From an archaeon (GTDB taxonomy: Archaea; Methanobacteriota_B; Thermococci; Methanofastidiosales; NM3), in assembly GCA_004212155.1 (NCBI GenBank), contig RXIG01000024.1, forward strand, positions 7,853 through 71,852: DNA of 64,000 nucleotides. The letters are read 5' to 3'. The stretch's first letter is position 1; every line of letters begins with the position of its first letter. A program made the translations under genes and the position numbers. Positions 8,567 to 17,454 of the stretch are shown here, one piece after another. The notes beneath the pieces were generated by a model that worked only from the letters and a program-made list of their open reading frames with translations, was not told where the DNA came from and did no database searches.

Positions 8567-10786
8567 ATGACGTCATTCTCCTTTTCCGGGATGCACGATG
8601 CGGACGACGCCATAAAAATACTCCTTGTTGACGACGACGAGGATCTGCTCACCATTGCGAAACACCTTCTCGAAAAAGACGAACCATGCCTGTCTATCGA
8701 CGTGGCAAAGGATGGCGAGGCTGCCTATGCATTGTTCATGAAACACGGATACGAGGCCGTCGTCTCCGACTACCAGATGCCTAAGATGGACGGGCTGGAA
8801 CTATTGCGCCGCATCCGGGAGAATGACGCGGAGATGCCGTTCATACTGTTTACCGGCAAGGGGCGGGAGGAGGTGGCGATCGAGGCGCTCAATCACGGTG
8901 CGAATCGCTACATACAAAAGAAGGGCGATCCCTCCACCCAATATGCCCTGTTAAAGGACGCCATCGTCAAGGAAGTCCGCTCCAAGCGCGCCCACGAGGC
9001 ACTGCGCGAAAGCGAGCACAAGTTCAGGACGTTTACGGAACTTGCCCCCGTTGCCATCATGATACACATGGACGAGCGATGGGTCTATGTCAATCCCGCC
9101 GCCAAGAGGCTTATCGGCCGCCCCGAGAATGACATAGTGGGTTCGAGCATTTGGGATATCGTCCATCCCGATCACCGAAGACTCATCGAGCGCCGACGAG
9201 ATGACTGGCTTTGTGGAAAACCGGAAAAGGATGAGGTCGAGCTGAAGATCATATGTGGACAGGAGATAAAATGGGCTGGTATGAAGGTGCGGCCCATCAC
9301 CTACGGAGATAAGAAGGCATTTCTTGTCGTTGCCATTGAAATCACGGAGCGTAAAAGGGCCGAAAAGGCGCTCAAGGAAAGCGAGAACAGATTCCAACGG
9401 CTGATCGATCAGGCACCCATGGGCATCGTTCGCGTCGACCTCAACGAAAACATCGTCGAGGCGAACAGAGCAATGAACGACCTGCTCGGATACGGCCCGG
9501 GTGAAATACAAAAGAAGAATCCGAGACGATTCGTCCATCCTGCGGACATGGAGATCCACCGCAAGAACGTCAGATTCCTCCTCGAGGGCAAAGAGGACAA
9601 CGTTACGTATGAACTGCGCATCGTCACCAGGAATGGAGACATCAAATGGGTCAGGGTCGTCAGCAACATCGTCGACGACGATGAGGGGCGCCCCCTCTTT
9701 CGCGTAAGCATGCTCGAGGACATCACGGCCCAAAAAGAGGCAGAAGAACGCCTTCACACCTCGCAGGTCCGCCTCAACACGGCGATGGAGAAGGGTAACA
9801 TCGCCTGGTGGGAGATGGAGCTTCCATCGGGACGCGTGAAGTTCGACGATAAAAAGGCGCGCATGCTTGGCCATGCGCCAGAACGATTCAAGACCTATAC
9901 CGACTTCATGGAGCTCGTCCATCCCGAAGATCACGAGCGCGTCATGGAGGACATGCGCAGCCACCTCGAGGGAAGGTCGGCGACATACGACAGCGAATAC
10001 AGGATCCTAACCGCCCGTGGCGACTGGACCTGGTTCGAGGACCGCGGCGGCATCACCAGACGCGATGAAGGGGGCCGCCCAACGCTTGTCACCGGCATCG
10101 TCATCGACATTAGCGAGAGAAAGGAAGCCGAGGAGGAGGTCGATTTCCTGCTCACCCTGCTGCGTCACGACCTGAAGAACAAGACCCACATCATACAAAG
10201 CTACCTCGACCTCATCAACCTGACGTCGCTTGACGACGACACTGCACAATATATCGAACGCGCAGCAAGTGTGAACAAGGTGGGCCAACAGCTCCTAGAA
10301 AAGGTCGGCAAACTCCGTGAGATCGAACAGGCGACAGAGCGGCGCCCCGTAAACATCGACCGCTTGCTCACGACCATCATCAAGCGCTACGAGGCACCTG
10401 CCAACGAGAGGGGCATAGAAATCGAACATCGTGGAAAGCCATCACGCGTCGAGGGCGGCGAGCTCCTCGAAGAGCTCTTTTCCAACCTCATCGAGAACGC
10501 CATCATCCACTCCAAAGGGTCGCTCATTCGCATCTCGATCGAGGAGCAAAACGGCGAGACGCGTGTAAGCATGGAGGACGACGGGCGAGGCATCGGTGAA
10601 AAGGATTTGGTGAACCTGTTCAACAAGGGATTCAAGGGAAGGGACTCCAAGGGGCTTGGAATCGGCACCTACCTCATCAAGAAGATCGCTGAGGCCTATG
10701 GCGGCAGGGTCCGTGCGCTCAAATCAGACCTCGGGGGAGCGCGTTTTGATGTCTACCTGAGGTCAAGCGCCAGCGCGGCGCAGTGA
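8567..10786 (+). CDS. Hybrid sensor: receiver domain + multiple PAS domains + histidine kinase
   Basis: Receiver (ILLVDDDEDLL...VVSDYQMPKMDG...K). At least three PAS repeats. H-box LLRHDLKNK. HATPase NLIENAIIHS, DDGRGI, GLGIGTYL. Confidence 0.85.
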   Translation: MTSFSFSGMHDADDAIKILLVDDDEDLLTIAKHLLEKDEPCLSIDVAKDGEAAYALFMKHGYEAVVSDYQMPKMDGLELLRRIRENDAEMPFILFTGKGREEVAIEALNHGANRYIQKKGDPSTQYALLKDAIVKEVRSKRAHEALRESEHKFRTFTELAPVAIMIHMDERWVYVNPAAKRLIGRPENDIVGSSIWDIVHPDHRRLIERRRDDWLCGKPEKDEVELKIICGQEIKWAGMKVRPITYGDKKAFLVVAIEITERKRAEKALKESENRFQRLIDQAPMGIVRVDLNENIVEANRAMNDLLGYGPGEIQKKNPRRFVHPADMEIHRKNVRFLLEGKEDNVTYELRIVTRNGDIKWVRVVSNIVDDDEGRPLFRVSMLEDITAQKEAEERLHTSQVRLNTAMEKGNIAWWEMELPSGRVKFDDKKARMLGHAPERFKTYTDFMELVHPEDHERVMEDMRSHLEGRSATYDSEYRILTARGDWTWFEDRGGITRRDEGGRPTLVTGIVIDISERKEAEEEVDFLLTLLRHDLKNKTHIIQSYLDLINLTSLDDDTAQYIERAASVNKVGQQLLEKVGKLREIEQATERRPVNIDRLLTTIIKRYEAPANERGIEIEHRGKPSRVEGGELLEELFSNLIENAIIHSKGSLIRISIEEQNGETRVSMEDDGRGIGEKDLVNLFNKGFKGRDSKGLGIGTYLIKKIAEAYGGRVRALKSDLGGARFDVYLRSSASAAQ

Positions 10787-10791
10787 ACCCC

Positions 10792-11985
10792 TTATCTCTT
10801 TTCATTCGACCCGAACGTTACCTCATCATCGGCAAAGGAACGCAGGTGGCCACGCTTGTGCGCCATCACGACGGCGTTGGAGAAGTAGGGAAATTCAAAC
10901 TCCGTCATCTCTCCCACACGTTTTTCCGTAAGCGGGAAGAGCCGCGTCGTGAGCGGTTTGTGCAGGCGCGCTGAAAGCCCTGCGACATCGAGCATCAGGG
11001 CATTGAGGTCGTCCTCGCTCGTCGCGCCGGGAAGGGGGATGCAGTCAAGGCCCGTGCCGCACACGGCACTGTAGAGCATGAGCGACTCGATGGAAAGCGA
11101 TCCATCGCCAACGCGCCTTGCGATGCCCGCATCCTCGAGCACGGGATACATCAGGCCCGAAAACCCAATATTTCCGCCAAGCGATTTTATCGCGTCTGCC
11201 AAAAACGCAGACAGGAATAACGTCCCGTGGGCGCCAAATCGCCTGATGCCAAGCGACTCGAGGGCGCATGCGATGCTATCGGTCTCGGCAGGCGCCGGCG
11301 CGAGGGTAAAGTCCGCTCCGTAGAACGCGATGCCAAACTCCTCTTCCAGCGCAAGCGACGTCGAGAGCAACGAGCAATACCGGTCGCGAACGACGGCAAG
11401 CAGCGCCTCGCGCGCCGCGTCCAGCGAATCGCACGACGTGAACGCGTCGATTGCAAGGTCTGCCGCCTCGAGCGCGAGCGAGAAGTTGGGCACATCCCCT
11501 GAGGCGTACGATGTTGGGAAGAAGGGATTGTCGGGCTGGCAGTTGTAGAGGCCTGCAAAACGCAGATTGGCAAAGCCGTCCTCAAGCGACGAGAGCGCCC
11601 GCACCGTCCGGGCGCATAGGCGTGTGGCACGGAGATTGATCGTGCCCCCCCATGCAAGCTGGCAGTTCGAGAAGACGTGCGAGGTCTCGGAGAGGATATC
11701 GGGCACCCATTCGAGAAACGCAAGGTCGTCAGCTGAGGGATACCGCCCAAGGCCGAACCCCCCGACGTAGTCGATGGTCGACGAGGATGCCCAGTCGTCG
11801 TACCGGCGTGCGGCATCGATGGCCGACGACGCGTCATCGAATCGGCCGTTTTGCGGCACTGTGGAGACCCGAACGGTCTGTACCTCAATGCCGTACTCCT
11901 TTCTTGCCGTATCCAAAAACGATTCAAGCGCATCCCAGTCGTGGCGCTCGAGGTCTGTATGAACGGTGACCGATCTGATCTTCAT
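10792..11985 (-). CDS. DUF711/UPF0210-family protein
   Basis: MKIRSVTVH start and AVCGTGLDCIPLPG motif typical of UPF0210. Track start 12042 would overlap the divergent gene; ATG 11985 chosen. Confidence 0.65.
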   Translation of the reverse strand: MKIRSVTVHTDLERHDWDALESFLDTARKEYGIEVQTVRVSTVPQNGRFDDASSAIDAARRYDDWASSSTIDYVGGFGLGRYPSADDLAFLEWVPDILSETSHVFSNCQLAWGGTINLRATRLCARTVRALSSLEDGFANLRFAGLYNCQPDNPFFPTSYASGDVPNFSLALEAADLAIDAFTSCDSLDAAREALLAVVRDRYCSLLSTSLALEEEFGIAFYGADFTLAPAPAETDSIACALESLGIRRFGAHGTLFLSAFLADAIKSLGGNIGFSGLMYPVLEDAGIARRVGDGSLSIESLMLYSAVCGTGLDCIPLPGATSEDDLNALMLDVAGLSARLHKPLTTRLFPLTEKRVGEMTEFEFPYFSNAVVMAHKRGHLRSFADDEVTFGSNEKR

Positions 11986-12012
11986 GGTATCTCCTGAATG
12001 GTCCGCAAAGGT

Positions 12013-12020
12013 ATTTAAAT
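12013..12020. promoter_or_regulatory. Palindromic TATA element shared by divergent leaderless genes
   Basis: ATTTAAAT is centred 26 nt from ATG 12042 (+) and 31 nt from ATG 11985 (-). Confidence 0.45.
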
Positions 12021-12041
12021 GCTCTCTCACCTGTGGTCGCA

Positions 12042-13196
12042 ATGGGTGTGAAGCGCGTCGAAGTGGACGGCAACGAGGTCGTGCTCGTTGGTACTGCGCA
12101 CGTGTCCAAGCGCAGCAGGGAGCTTGTCAGGGAGACCCTCGAGGAAGAGTCGCCCGACATCGTTGGCGTCGAGCTCGACAAGGGGAGGCGCGAAACGCTT
12201 ATCAACGAACCGCAGTGGCAAGAGACCAACGTCTATGACATCATACGTTCAGGCAGGGCCCCGATGTTTCTTGCAAGCCTCCTTCTCACAAACTTTCAAA
12301 AGCGCATGGGGGAGGAGCTGGGCACGAAGCCGGGCGCCGAGATGCTCGAGGCGATCGAGTATGCGGGCGATGCGCCCGTGGAGCTGCTCGACAGGGACAT
12401 CAACACCACCTTCAAGCGCGCCTGGCAGCGCATGTCGCTCAGGGAGAAGCTCAAGATCCTTTATTCAGTGCTCTTCTCGTTCCTTGAAGAAGGGGAGGCC
12501 ATCGACGAGGGGGCGCTCGAGAAGCTGCAGGAGGAGGACGCGCTCAATGCGATGCTCGAGGAGCTCGCACAGGAGATACCAAGCGTGAAGGAGGTGCTCA
12601 TCGACGAGCGTGACGCCTACATCGCTGCCAAGATACAAGGCGCGCTTTCAGGGAAAACGGGCGCCACGATGGTCGCAGTGGTGGGCGCCGGACACATCAA
12701 CGGCATCGTCTCCCACCTCCCCGCACCCGTCGATGCGGCGCCGCTCGAACGGGTCGAACGTTCGAGGAGCTGGTTCAAGATCGTCGCGTGGGGCGTGCCG
12801 GTCCTGCTCGCAGCGTTGCTTGTCATCGGATTCTACACCAATGGGGCCGACGTGACGGTCAAGATGCTCAAGGCCTGGTTTCTCATCAACGGCACGCTCT
12901 CCACCGTCGGCGTCATCTGCGCTCTCGGACACCCGCTCTCAGCGCTCGTCGCATTCCTCGCCGCGCCGTTCACCTCACTCAATCCGACGCTTGCCGCCGG
13001 ATGGTTTGCCGGGCTTACCGAGGCGCATGTGCGAAAACCGAAGGTGCGCGACTTCGAGTCTCTGGGCACGATCGCGGGGGTTACCGACCTGTGGAGGAAC
13101 AAGATCACGCGCACGCTGCTTGTCGTGGCGTTTGCCAACATCGGCTCCACCATCGGCACGGCGGTCGCGCTGCCCTGGATCATATCGCTCCTGTGA
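12042..13196 (+). CDS. TraB/PrgY-family protein with C-terminal membrane domain
   Basis: VVLVGTAHVSKRS and VVGAGHINGI motifs. Four C-terminal TM helices. Confidence 0.75.
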   Translation: MGVKRVEVDGNEVVLVGTAHVSKRSRELVRETLEEESPDIVGVELDKGRRETLINEPQWQETNVYDIIRSGRAPMFLASLLLTNFQKRMGEELGTKPGAEMLEAIEYAGDAPVELLDRDINTTFKRAWQRMSLREKLKILYSVLFSFLEEGEAIDEGALEKLQEEDALNAMLEELAQEIPSVKEVLIDERDAYIAAKIQGALSGKTGATMVAVVGAGHINGIVSHLPAPVDAAPLERVERSRSWFKIVAWGVPVLLAALLVIGFYTNGADVTVKMLKAWFLINGTLSTVGVICALGHPLSALVAFLAAPFTSLNPTLAAGWFAGLTEAHVRKPKVRDFESLGTIAGVTDLWRNKITRTLLVVAFANIGSTIGTAVALPWIISLL

Positions 13197-13472
13197 TCAC
13201 CCGCCTGCCACGGGAGGAAAGAGCGCTACCTCGTCGTCGGGACCGATGGGCGTGCCCCGACCCGAAAGGAACGTGATGTCGCGTCCGTTCACGAATATCC
13301 TCACATACGGGCGAAGCTCCCCTTCTTCCAGGATCGCCTCGTACACGTCGCGATGCGTGTAGAAGAGGCGGTCGATGAGGGCGCCGATGCTTTCCGCATC
13401 GATGCGCGCCTCCTTTTCCCTCGCACGCCCCCTCAGATCGGCGTAGAATCGCACCAGCGCCATATGCCCCAC
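13197..13472 (-). CDS. MoaD/ThiS-fold ubiquitin-like protein (SAMP-like) ending in Gly-Gly
   Basis: 91 aa, C-terminus ALFPPVAGG-stop, beta-grasp pattern VNGRDI. Confidence 0.7.
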   Translation of the reverse strand: MGHMALVRFYADLRGRAREKEARIDAESIGALIDRLFYTHRDVYEAILEEGELRPYVRIFVNGRDITFLSGRGTPIGPDDEVALFPPVAGG

Positions 13473-14705
13473 CTAAAAGGATGTTGCGCACTGCGGCCCT
13501 TCGTTCACACGAAAGATGGCATCGAGCACGCCAGTGTACGACGGGTCCGACATACCAACGAGCCCATAGGCGCGAAGCTTCGAAAACGTCACCGTGCCCA
13601 TGAGAAGCGAGGAGAGCTCGGCGATGCCGAGGCGCACCGTGACATCGACGTCGCACTTGCAGTGGCTCGCGCGTCCATTCCGAAACGTCACGGCCACAGG
13701 CGATGTGTTGTCCGGAAGGAACGAGTCGTCGGGCTCGATCTTGACGCTGCAGTCACCGGGGCCGAACCGGGCGCTGCCAAGCACGTCGAACATGAGCTGG
13801 GCATCGACCACGCGATACATGAGGCCGACGCCGCTGCGCCGGGTGGGGTGCGATATGGGGTGCAGCAGGTCGTCGGTCCCATCCCGGGGGTCGTCGACCA
13901 CGAAATGAAGGAAGTCATCATGCGTGTTGAAGTGGATGCGGCGCACCTGGTCCGACTGCCGATTGAGGAATGAAAGCAGTGCCCTTAACGCATCCTTGTT
14001 AAGATAAGCGAATTCCAATACTTCGATGTCGTTGACAAGCGACGTATGCCCGCGGGCAAATCGGAAGTGGGCGTATCCGTCCATGACCTCGCCGTCCCAG
14101 TGACAGGCTATGAACGTATCATCGGACGTGAGCATCTGGCGCACCTCGTGGTCGCTCTTGTCGACCATGCCGTGGTGCTCACGCACGTAGCGGCGGGAGC
14201 ATTCAACGAGGGCGTTTTTGTCCTCGGGCCGAAGGTAGCGCACGCCGCCTAGCTGCTTGTTTGCAGGAAGCGCCGCCGGGGACAACGAATAACGGTTGAG
14301 CAGGGGGCCGTACCCAAATCCCATGCGCTTATAGAAGTCGGGCCTGAACGGGTAGAGCATTGCAAGCGGTCGCACCGTCGTTCGGCAGTATGCGAGGAAG
14401 TGCTCGATGAGCTCCTTGCAGACATGCTCGCGCTTGTGGATGAGATCGACGGCAACGAGTCCCACCCCTCCCGCATTGATCATCGTCGAGCGGACGTTGG
14501 TGCAAAAGTTATGGACCCTCATGCCGCCGAGCAGTTCGTCGTCGCGGTAGAGCCCATAAAACGTCACCGACGGTTCCTCGTGCTGCATGGTGCGAAGGCG
14601 CTCTATTGTCTCCTCGCGATACGACTGCTTGGAATACGTGAATCCCGGATAGGCGCGGGACACGATGTCGGCAAAGCGGGGAATGTCCTCATCGGGTAGG
14701 GGCAT
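13473..14705 (-). CDS. Eis-like GNAT acetyltransferase with SCP2-like C-terminal domain
   Basis: GNAT core GVGLVAVDLIHKREHVCKELIEHF. Overall ~410-aa Eis architecture. Start reset to ATG 14705 because the upstream 163 codons of the track ORF overlap the next gene. Confidence 0.65.
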   Translation of the reverse strand: MPLPDEDIPRFADIVSRAYPGFTYSKQSYREETIERLRTMQHEEPSVTFYGLYRDDELLGGMRVHNFCTNVRSTMINAGGVGLVAVDLIHKREHVCKELIEHFLAYCRTTVRPLAMLYPFRPDFYKRMGFGYGPLLNRYSLSPAALPANKQLGGVRYLRPEDKNALVECSRRYVREHHGMVDKSDHEVRQMLTSDDTFIACHWDGEVMDGYAHFRFARGHTSLVNDIEVLEFAYLNKDALRALLSFLNRQSDQVRRIHFNTHDDFLHFVVDDPRDGTDDLLHPISHPTRRSGVGLMYRVVDAQLMFDVLGSARFGPGDCSVKIEPDDSFLPDNTSPVAVTFRNGRASHCKCDVDVTVRLGIAELSSLLMGTVTFSKLRAYGLVGMSDPSYTGVLDAIFRVNEGPQCATSF

Positions 14706-14713
14706 CACGTCGC

Positions 14714-15304
14714 TCACTTCGATCCCCCCATGCGCGACTCGAGCAGCTCGCGTATGGCGCGAAGCTCGGACAACACGTCCGGCTCGCTGGAGGCGCCAGT
14801 CGCAGAAGATGAAAAAGCGCGCGTTTGGCGCACGTATTCCATGAGCATGTCGCGCAGTGCCTCGTGGCGCTCGATGCCCGTTATCGAAATCTCGGCAGAG
14901 CTTTTTGAAGCGGAGTAGCCTGCCGTCTGGAGCTTGACCGACGCGATACCGAGCCGCCTGGAGAGCGGTCCCTGCGATACGTCCACGTTCGTTATCTTCC
15001 GGTAGGGGACGATACCTGTCGTCCTGAACCAGACCCCGCGCTGCCAGCTGACCTCGTCGGACCCGACCGTATACGAGATCGTCTCGTGGTATCGCGGTAT
15101 CCAGTAGAGCACGAACGCTATGGCGGCCACCACGGGCAGCGTCGTGAGCACCTTTGCCAGCATGGGAGCGAACACGAGCAGCGGCACGTACCATGGCAGG
15201 ACGAGCAGGGCAACGCCCATGGTAAAGTACCAGTAGAGCAGCTTCCTGTACGTGGGCGACGGCGAAAACGGCGTATCTATCCTCACAGGTTGATCGTGAT
15301 ACAT
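14714..15304 (-). CDS. Membrane protein with bacterial PH (bPH_2/YdbS-like) domain
   Basis: Two TM helices followed by VPYRKITNVDVSQGPLSRRLGIASVKLQTAG. Start uncertain (15304 or 15382). Confidence 0.6.
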   Translation of the reverse strand: MYHDQPVRIDTPFSPSPTYRKLLYWYFTMGVALLVLPWYVPLLVFAPMLAKVLTTLPVVAAIAFVLYWIPRYHETISYTVGSDEVSWQRGVWFRTTGIVPYRKITNVDVSQGPLSRRLGIASVKLQTAGYSASKSSAEISITGIERHEALRDMLMEYVRQTRAFSSSATGASSEPDVLSELRAIRELLESRMGGSK

Positions 15305-15438
15305 ATGTTGGTCCACCTCTGTCACATTGTTAACGGTTCCATTCTTGAAGGCTGCGATGCGCATGGCGGCACATCGCCTCATGCACGTAGTAGTAGTGTT
15401 CAGTTAAAGACTTATATTCCTTGTTACACATTAGACAT

Positions 15439-17454
15439 ATGCAGGATGATGACGCAGGCCACAATGGGGGTCACACGTCCCATCACAAGATGATGGTCGA
15501 AGACTTCAAGCGGAGATTCTTCGTTTCCATGATCGCCACCGCTCCCGTGCTCGCGCTCTCGCCCCTTGTGCAGGACTTCCTTTCGATAGAGTTCTCGTTT
15601 GTGGGCGACAGCTATCTGCTCTTTGCGCTCTCGGCGTTCGTCTACGCCTACGGGGGTTATCCGTTCACGAAGGGGCTCTACAGGGAGCTCAGCTCGCGTG
15701 CTCCCGGCATGATGACGCTCATCGGCCTTGCCATAAGCGTTGCGTTCTTCTACAGCAGCGCGGTCGTCTTCGGCCTCCCGGGAAAGTTCTTCTTCTGGGA
15801 GCTCGTGACCCTGATCGACATCATGCTCCTCGGCCACTGGGTGGAGATGCGCTCTGTCATGGGCGCCTCTCGCGCTCTCGAGGAGCTTGCAAGGCTCATG
15901 CCCTCCACCGCCCACAGGATATCAGAAGACGGGTCCACCGAAGATGTGGCGATCTCGTCGCTTGGGGCCGGCGACCGCGTGCTCGTCAAGCCGGGGGAGA
16001 AGGTGCCTTCCGACGGGACGATCGTCGACGGGACCACGAGCGTCAACGAATCGCTCCTCACGGGTGAATCGACGCCTGTGGCCAAGGGCGAGGGGGACAA
16101 GGTCATCGGCGCCTCGATCAACGGGGAGGGCTCGATAACGGTAGAGATCACCCACACCGGCAAGGACTCGTACATCTCGCAGGTCATCTCGCTTGTCAAG
16201 CAGGCGCAGCAGTCCCGCTCAAAGACGCAAAACCTTGCCGACAGGGCCGCGCTGTGGTTGACTGTCATCTCGATATCCGTTGGCATCACCACGTTTGCGG
16301 CATGGTATCTGGCAGGAAGGGATGCGGTCTTTTCCATCGAGAGGATGGTGACGGTGATGGTGATCACCTGCCCGCACGCCCTCGGGCTCGCGATACCGCT
16401 CGTCGTTGCCGTCTCCATATCGCTTTCGGTGAAAAATGGCGTACTCGTCCGCGACAGGCGAGCGTTTGAGCAGATGCGCCTGCTAGACACCATCGTCTTC
16501 GACAAGACGGGCACGCTCACCAAGGGCGAGTTCGGAGTGACCGACGTGGTGGCCCTCGACGGCGACGAGGGGTCGCTCGTGCGCGACGCCGCATCGCTTG
16601 AATCACGCTCTGAGCACCCCATTGGAGTGGGTATCGTAAAGAAGGCGGAGGAGATGTCGCTCGAGCCAGGGGAGGTAGCGTCGTTTTCCTCGATCACGGG
16701 GCGAGGCATCGAGGGCGTGGTGGACGGCACGAACATACGCGTCGTGAGCCACAACTACGTCAAGGAGCAAGGCGACATGCCAGACGAAAAAAGCCTCGAG
16801 GCGCTTCTCGAACAGGGCAAGACGCTCGCGTTCGTCTACAGGGACGACACGCTCGCCGGCGCCCTGGCGCTTGCCGACATCATCAGGCCCGAGTCCCGCG
16901 ACGCGATAGCGTCGCTCCAGGCCGAAGGCATCCGCTGCATGATGCTGACAGGCGACAACGCAAAGGTGGCGGCCTGGGTGGCACGCGAGGTGGGCCTCGA
17001 CGACTACTTCGCAGAGGTGCTTCCCGAACAGAAGTCCGAGACGATCAAGCGGATACAGGACGAGGGGCATCGCGTCGGCATGGTGGGCGACGGCGTCAAT
17101 GATGCGCCCGCCCTCGCTCAGGCGGACGTTGGCATAGCCATCGGCGCAGGCACCGACGTCGCCATCGAATCGGCCGACGTGATACTGGTGCGAAGCGAGC
17201 CGACCGCCGTATTGGGTAGCTACCTCTTGTCGAAGGCGACGTACGCGAAGATGAAGCAGAATCTCTTCTGGGCGACCGGTTACAACGCAGTGACGATACC
17301 GCTTGCGGCAGGCGTGCTCTATCCGTTCGGCATCCTGCTCAGCCCGGCAGTCGGTGCCGTGCTCATGTCGCTTAGCACCGTGATCGTTGCCATCAACGCA
17401 CGATTCCTTTCCGTTGACGAGCAGACGGACCGCAACGGAGGTCGTCATGGATGA
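15439..17454 (+). CDS. copB: Copper-exporting P1B-type ATPase, CopB type (His-rich N-terminus, CPH motif)
   Basis: N-terminus GHNGGHTSHH. TM6 CPHALGLA, DKTGTLT, GDGVNDAPAL. TATA-like CTTATATT lies about 27 nt upstream of ATG 15439. Confidence 0.9.
   Translation: MQDDDAGHNGGHTSHHKMMVEDFKRRFFVSMIATAPVLALSPLVQDFLSIEFSFVGDSYLLFALSAFVYAYGGYPFTKGLYRELSSRAPGMMTLIGLAISVAFFYSSAVVFGLPGKFFFWELVTLIDIMLLGHWVEMRSVMGASRALEELARLMPSTAHRISEDGSTEDVAISSLGAGDRVLVKPGEKVPSDGTIVDGTTSVNESLLTGESTPVAKGEGDKVIGASINGEGSITVEITHTGKDSYISQVISLVKQAQQSRSKTQNLADRAALWLTVISISVGITTFAAWYLAGRDAVFSIERMVTVMVITCPHALGLAIPLVVAVSISLSVKNGVLVRDRRAFEQMRLLDTIVFDKTGTLTKGEFGVTDVVALDGDEGSLVRDAASLESRSEHPIGVGIVKKAEEMSLEPGEVASFSSITGRGIEGVVDGTNIRVVSHNYVKEQGDMPDEKSLEALLEQGKTLAFVYRDDTLAGALALADIIRPESRDAIASLQAEGIRCMMLTGDNAKVAAWVAREVGLDDYFAEVLPEQKSETIKRIQDEGHRVGMVGDGVNDAPALAQADVGIAIGAGTDVAIESADVILVRSEPTAVLGSYLLSKATYAKMKQNLFWATGYNAVTIPLAAGVLYPFGILLSPAVGAVLMSLSTVIVAINARFLSVDEQTDRNGGRHG

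Noticed and set aside
8951-9964. 337-aa antisense ORF inside the sensor kinase gene
   Set aside because: It is an antisense shadow ORF with no start context and biased composition. The sense frame has clear receiver, PAS and kinase motifs.
15750-16754. 334-aa antisense ORF inside copB (similar case at 16603-17448)
   Set aside because: It is Ser/Thr/Pro-rich low-complexity sequence. The opposite strand encodes all P-type ATPase motifs.
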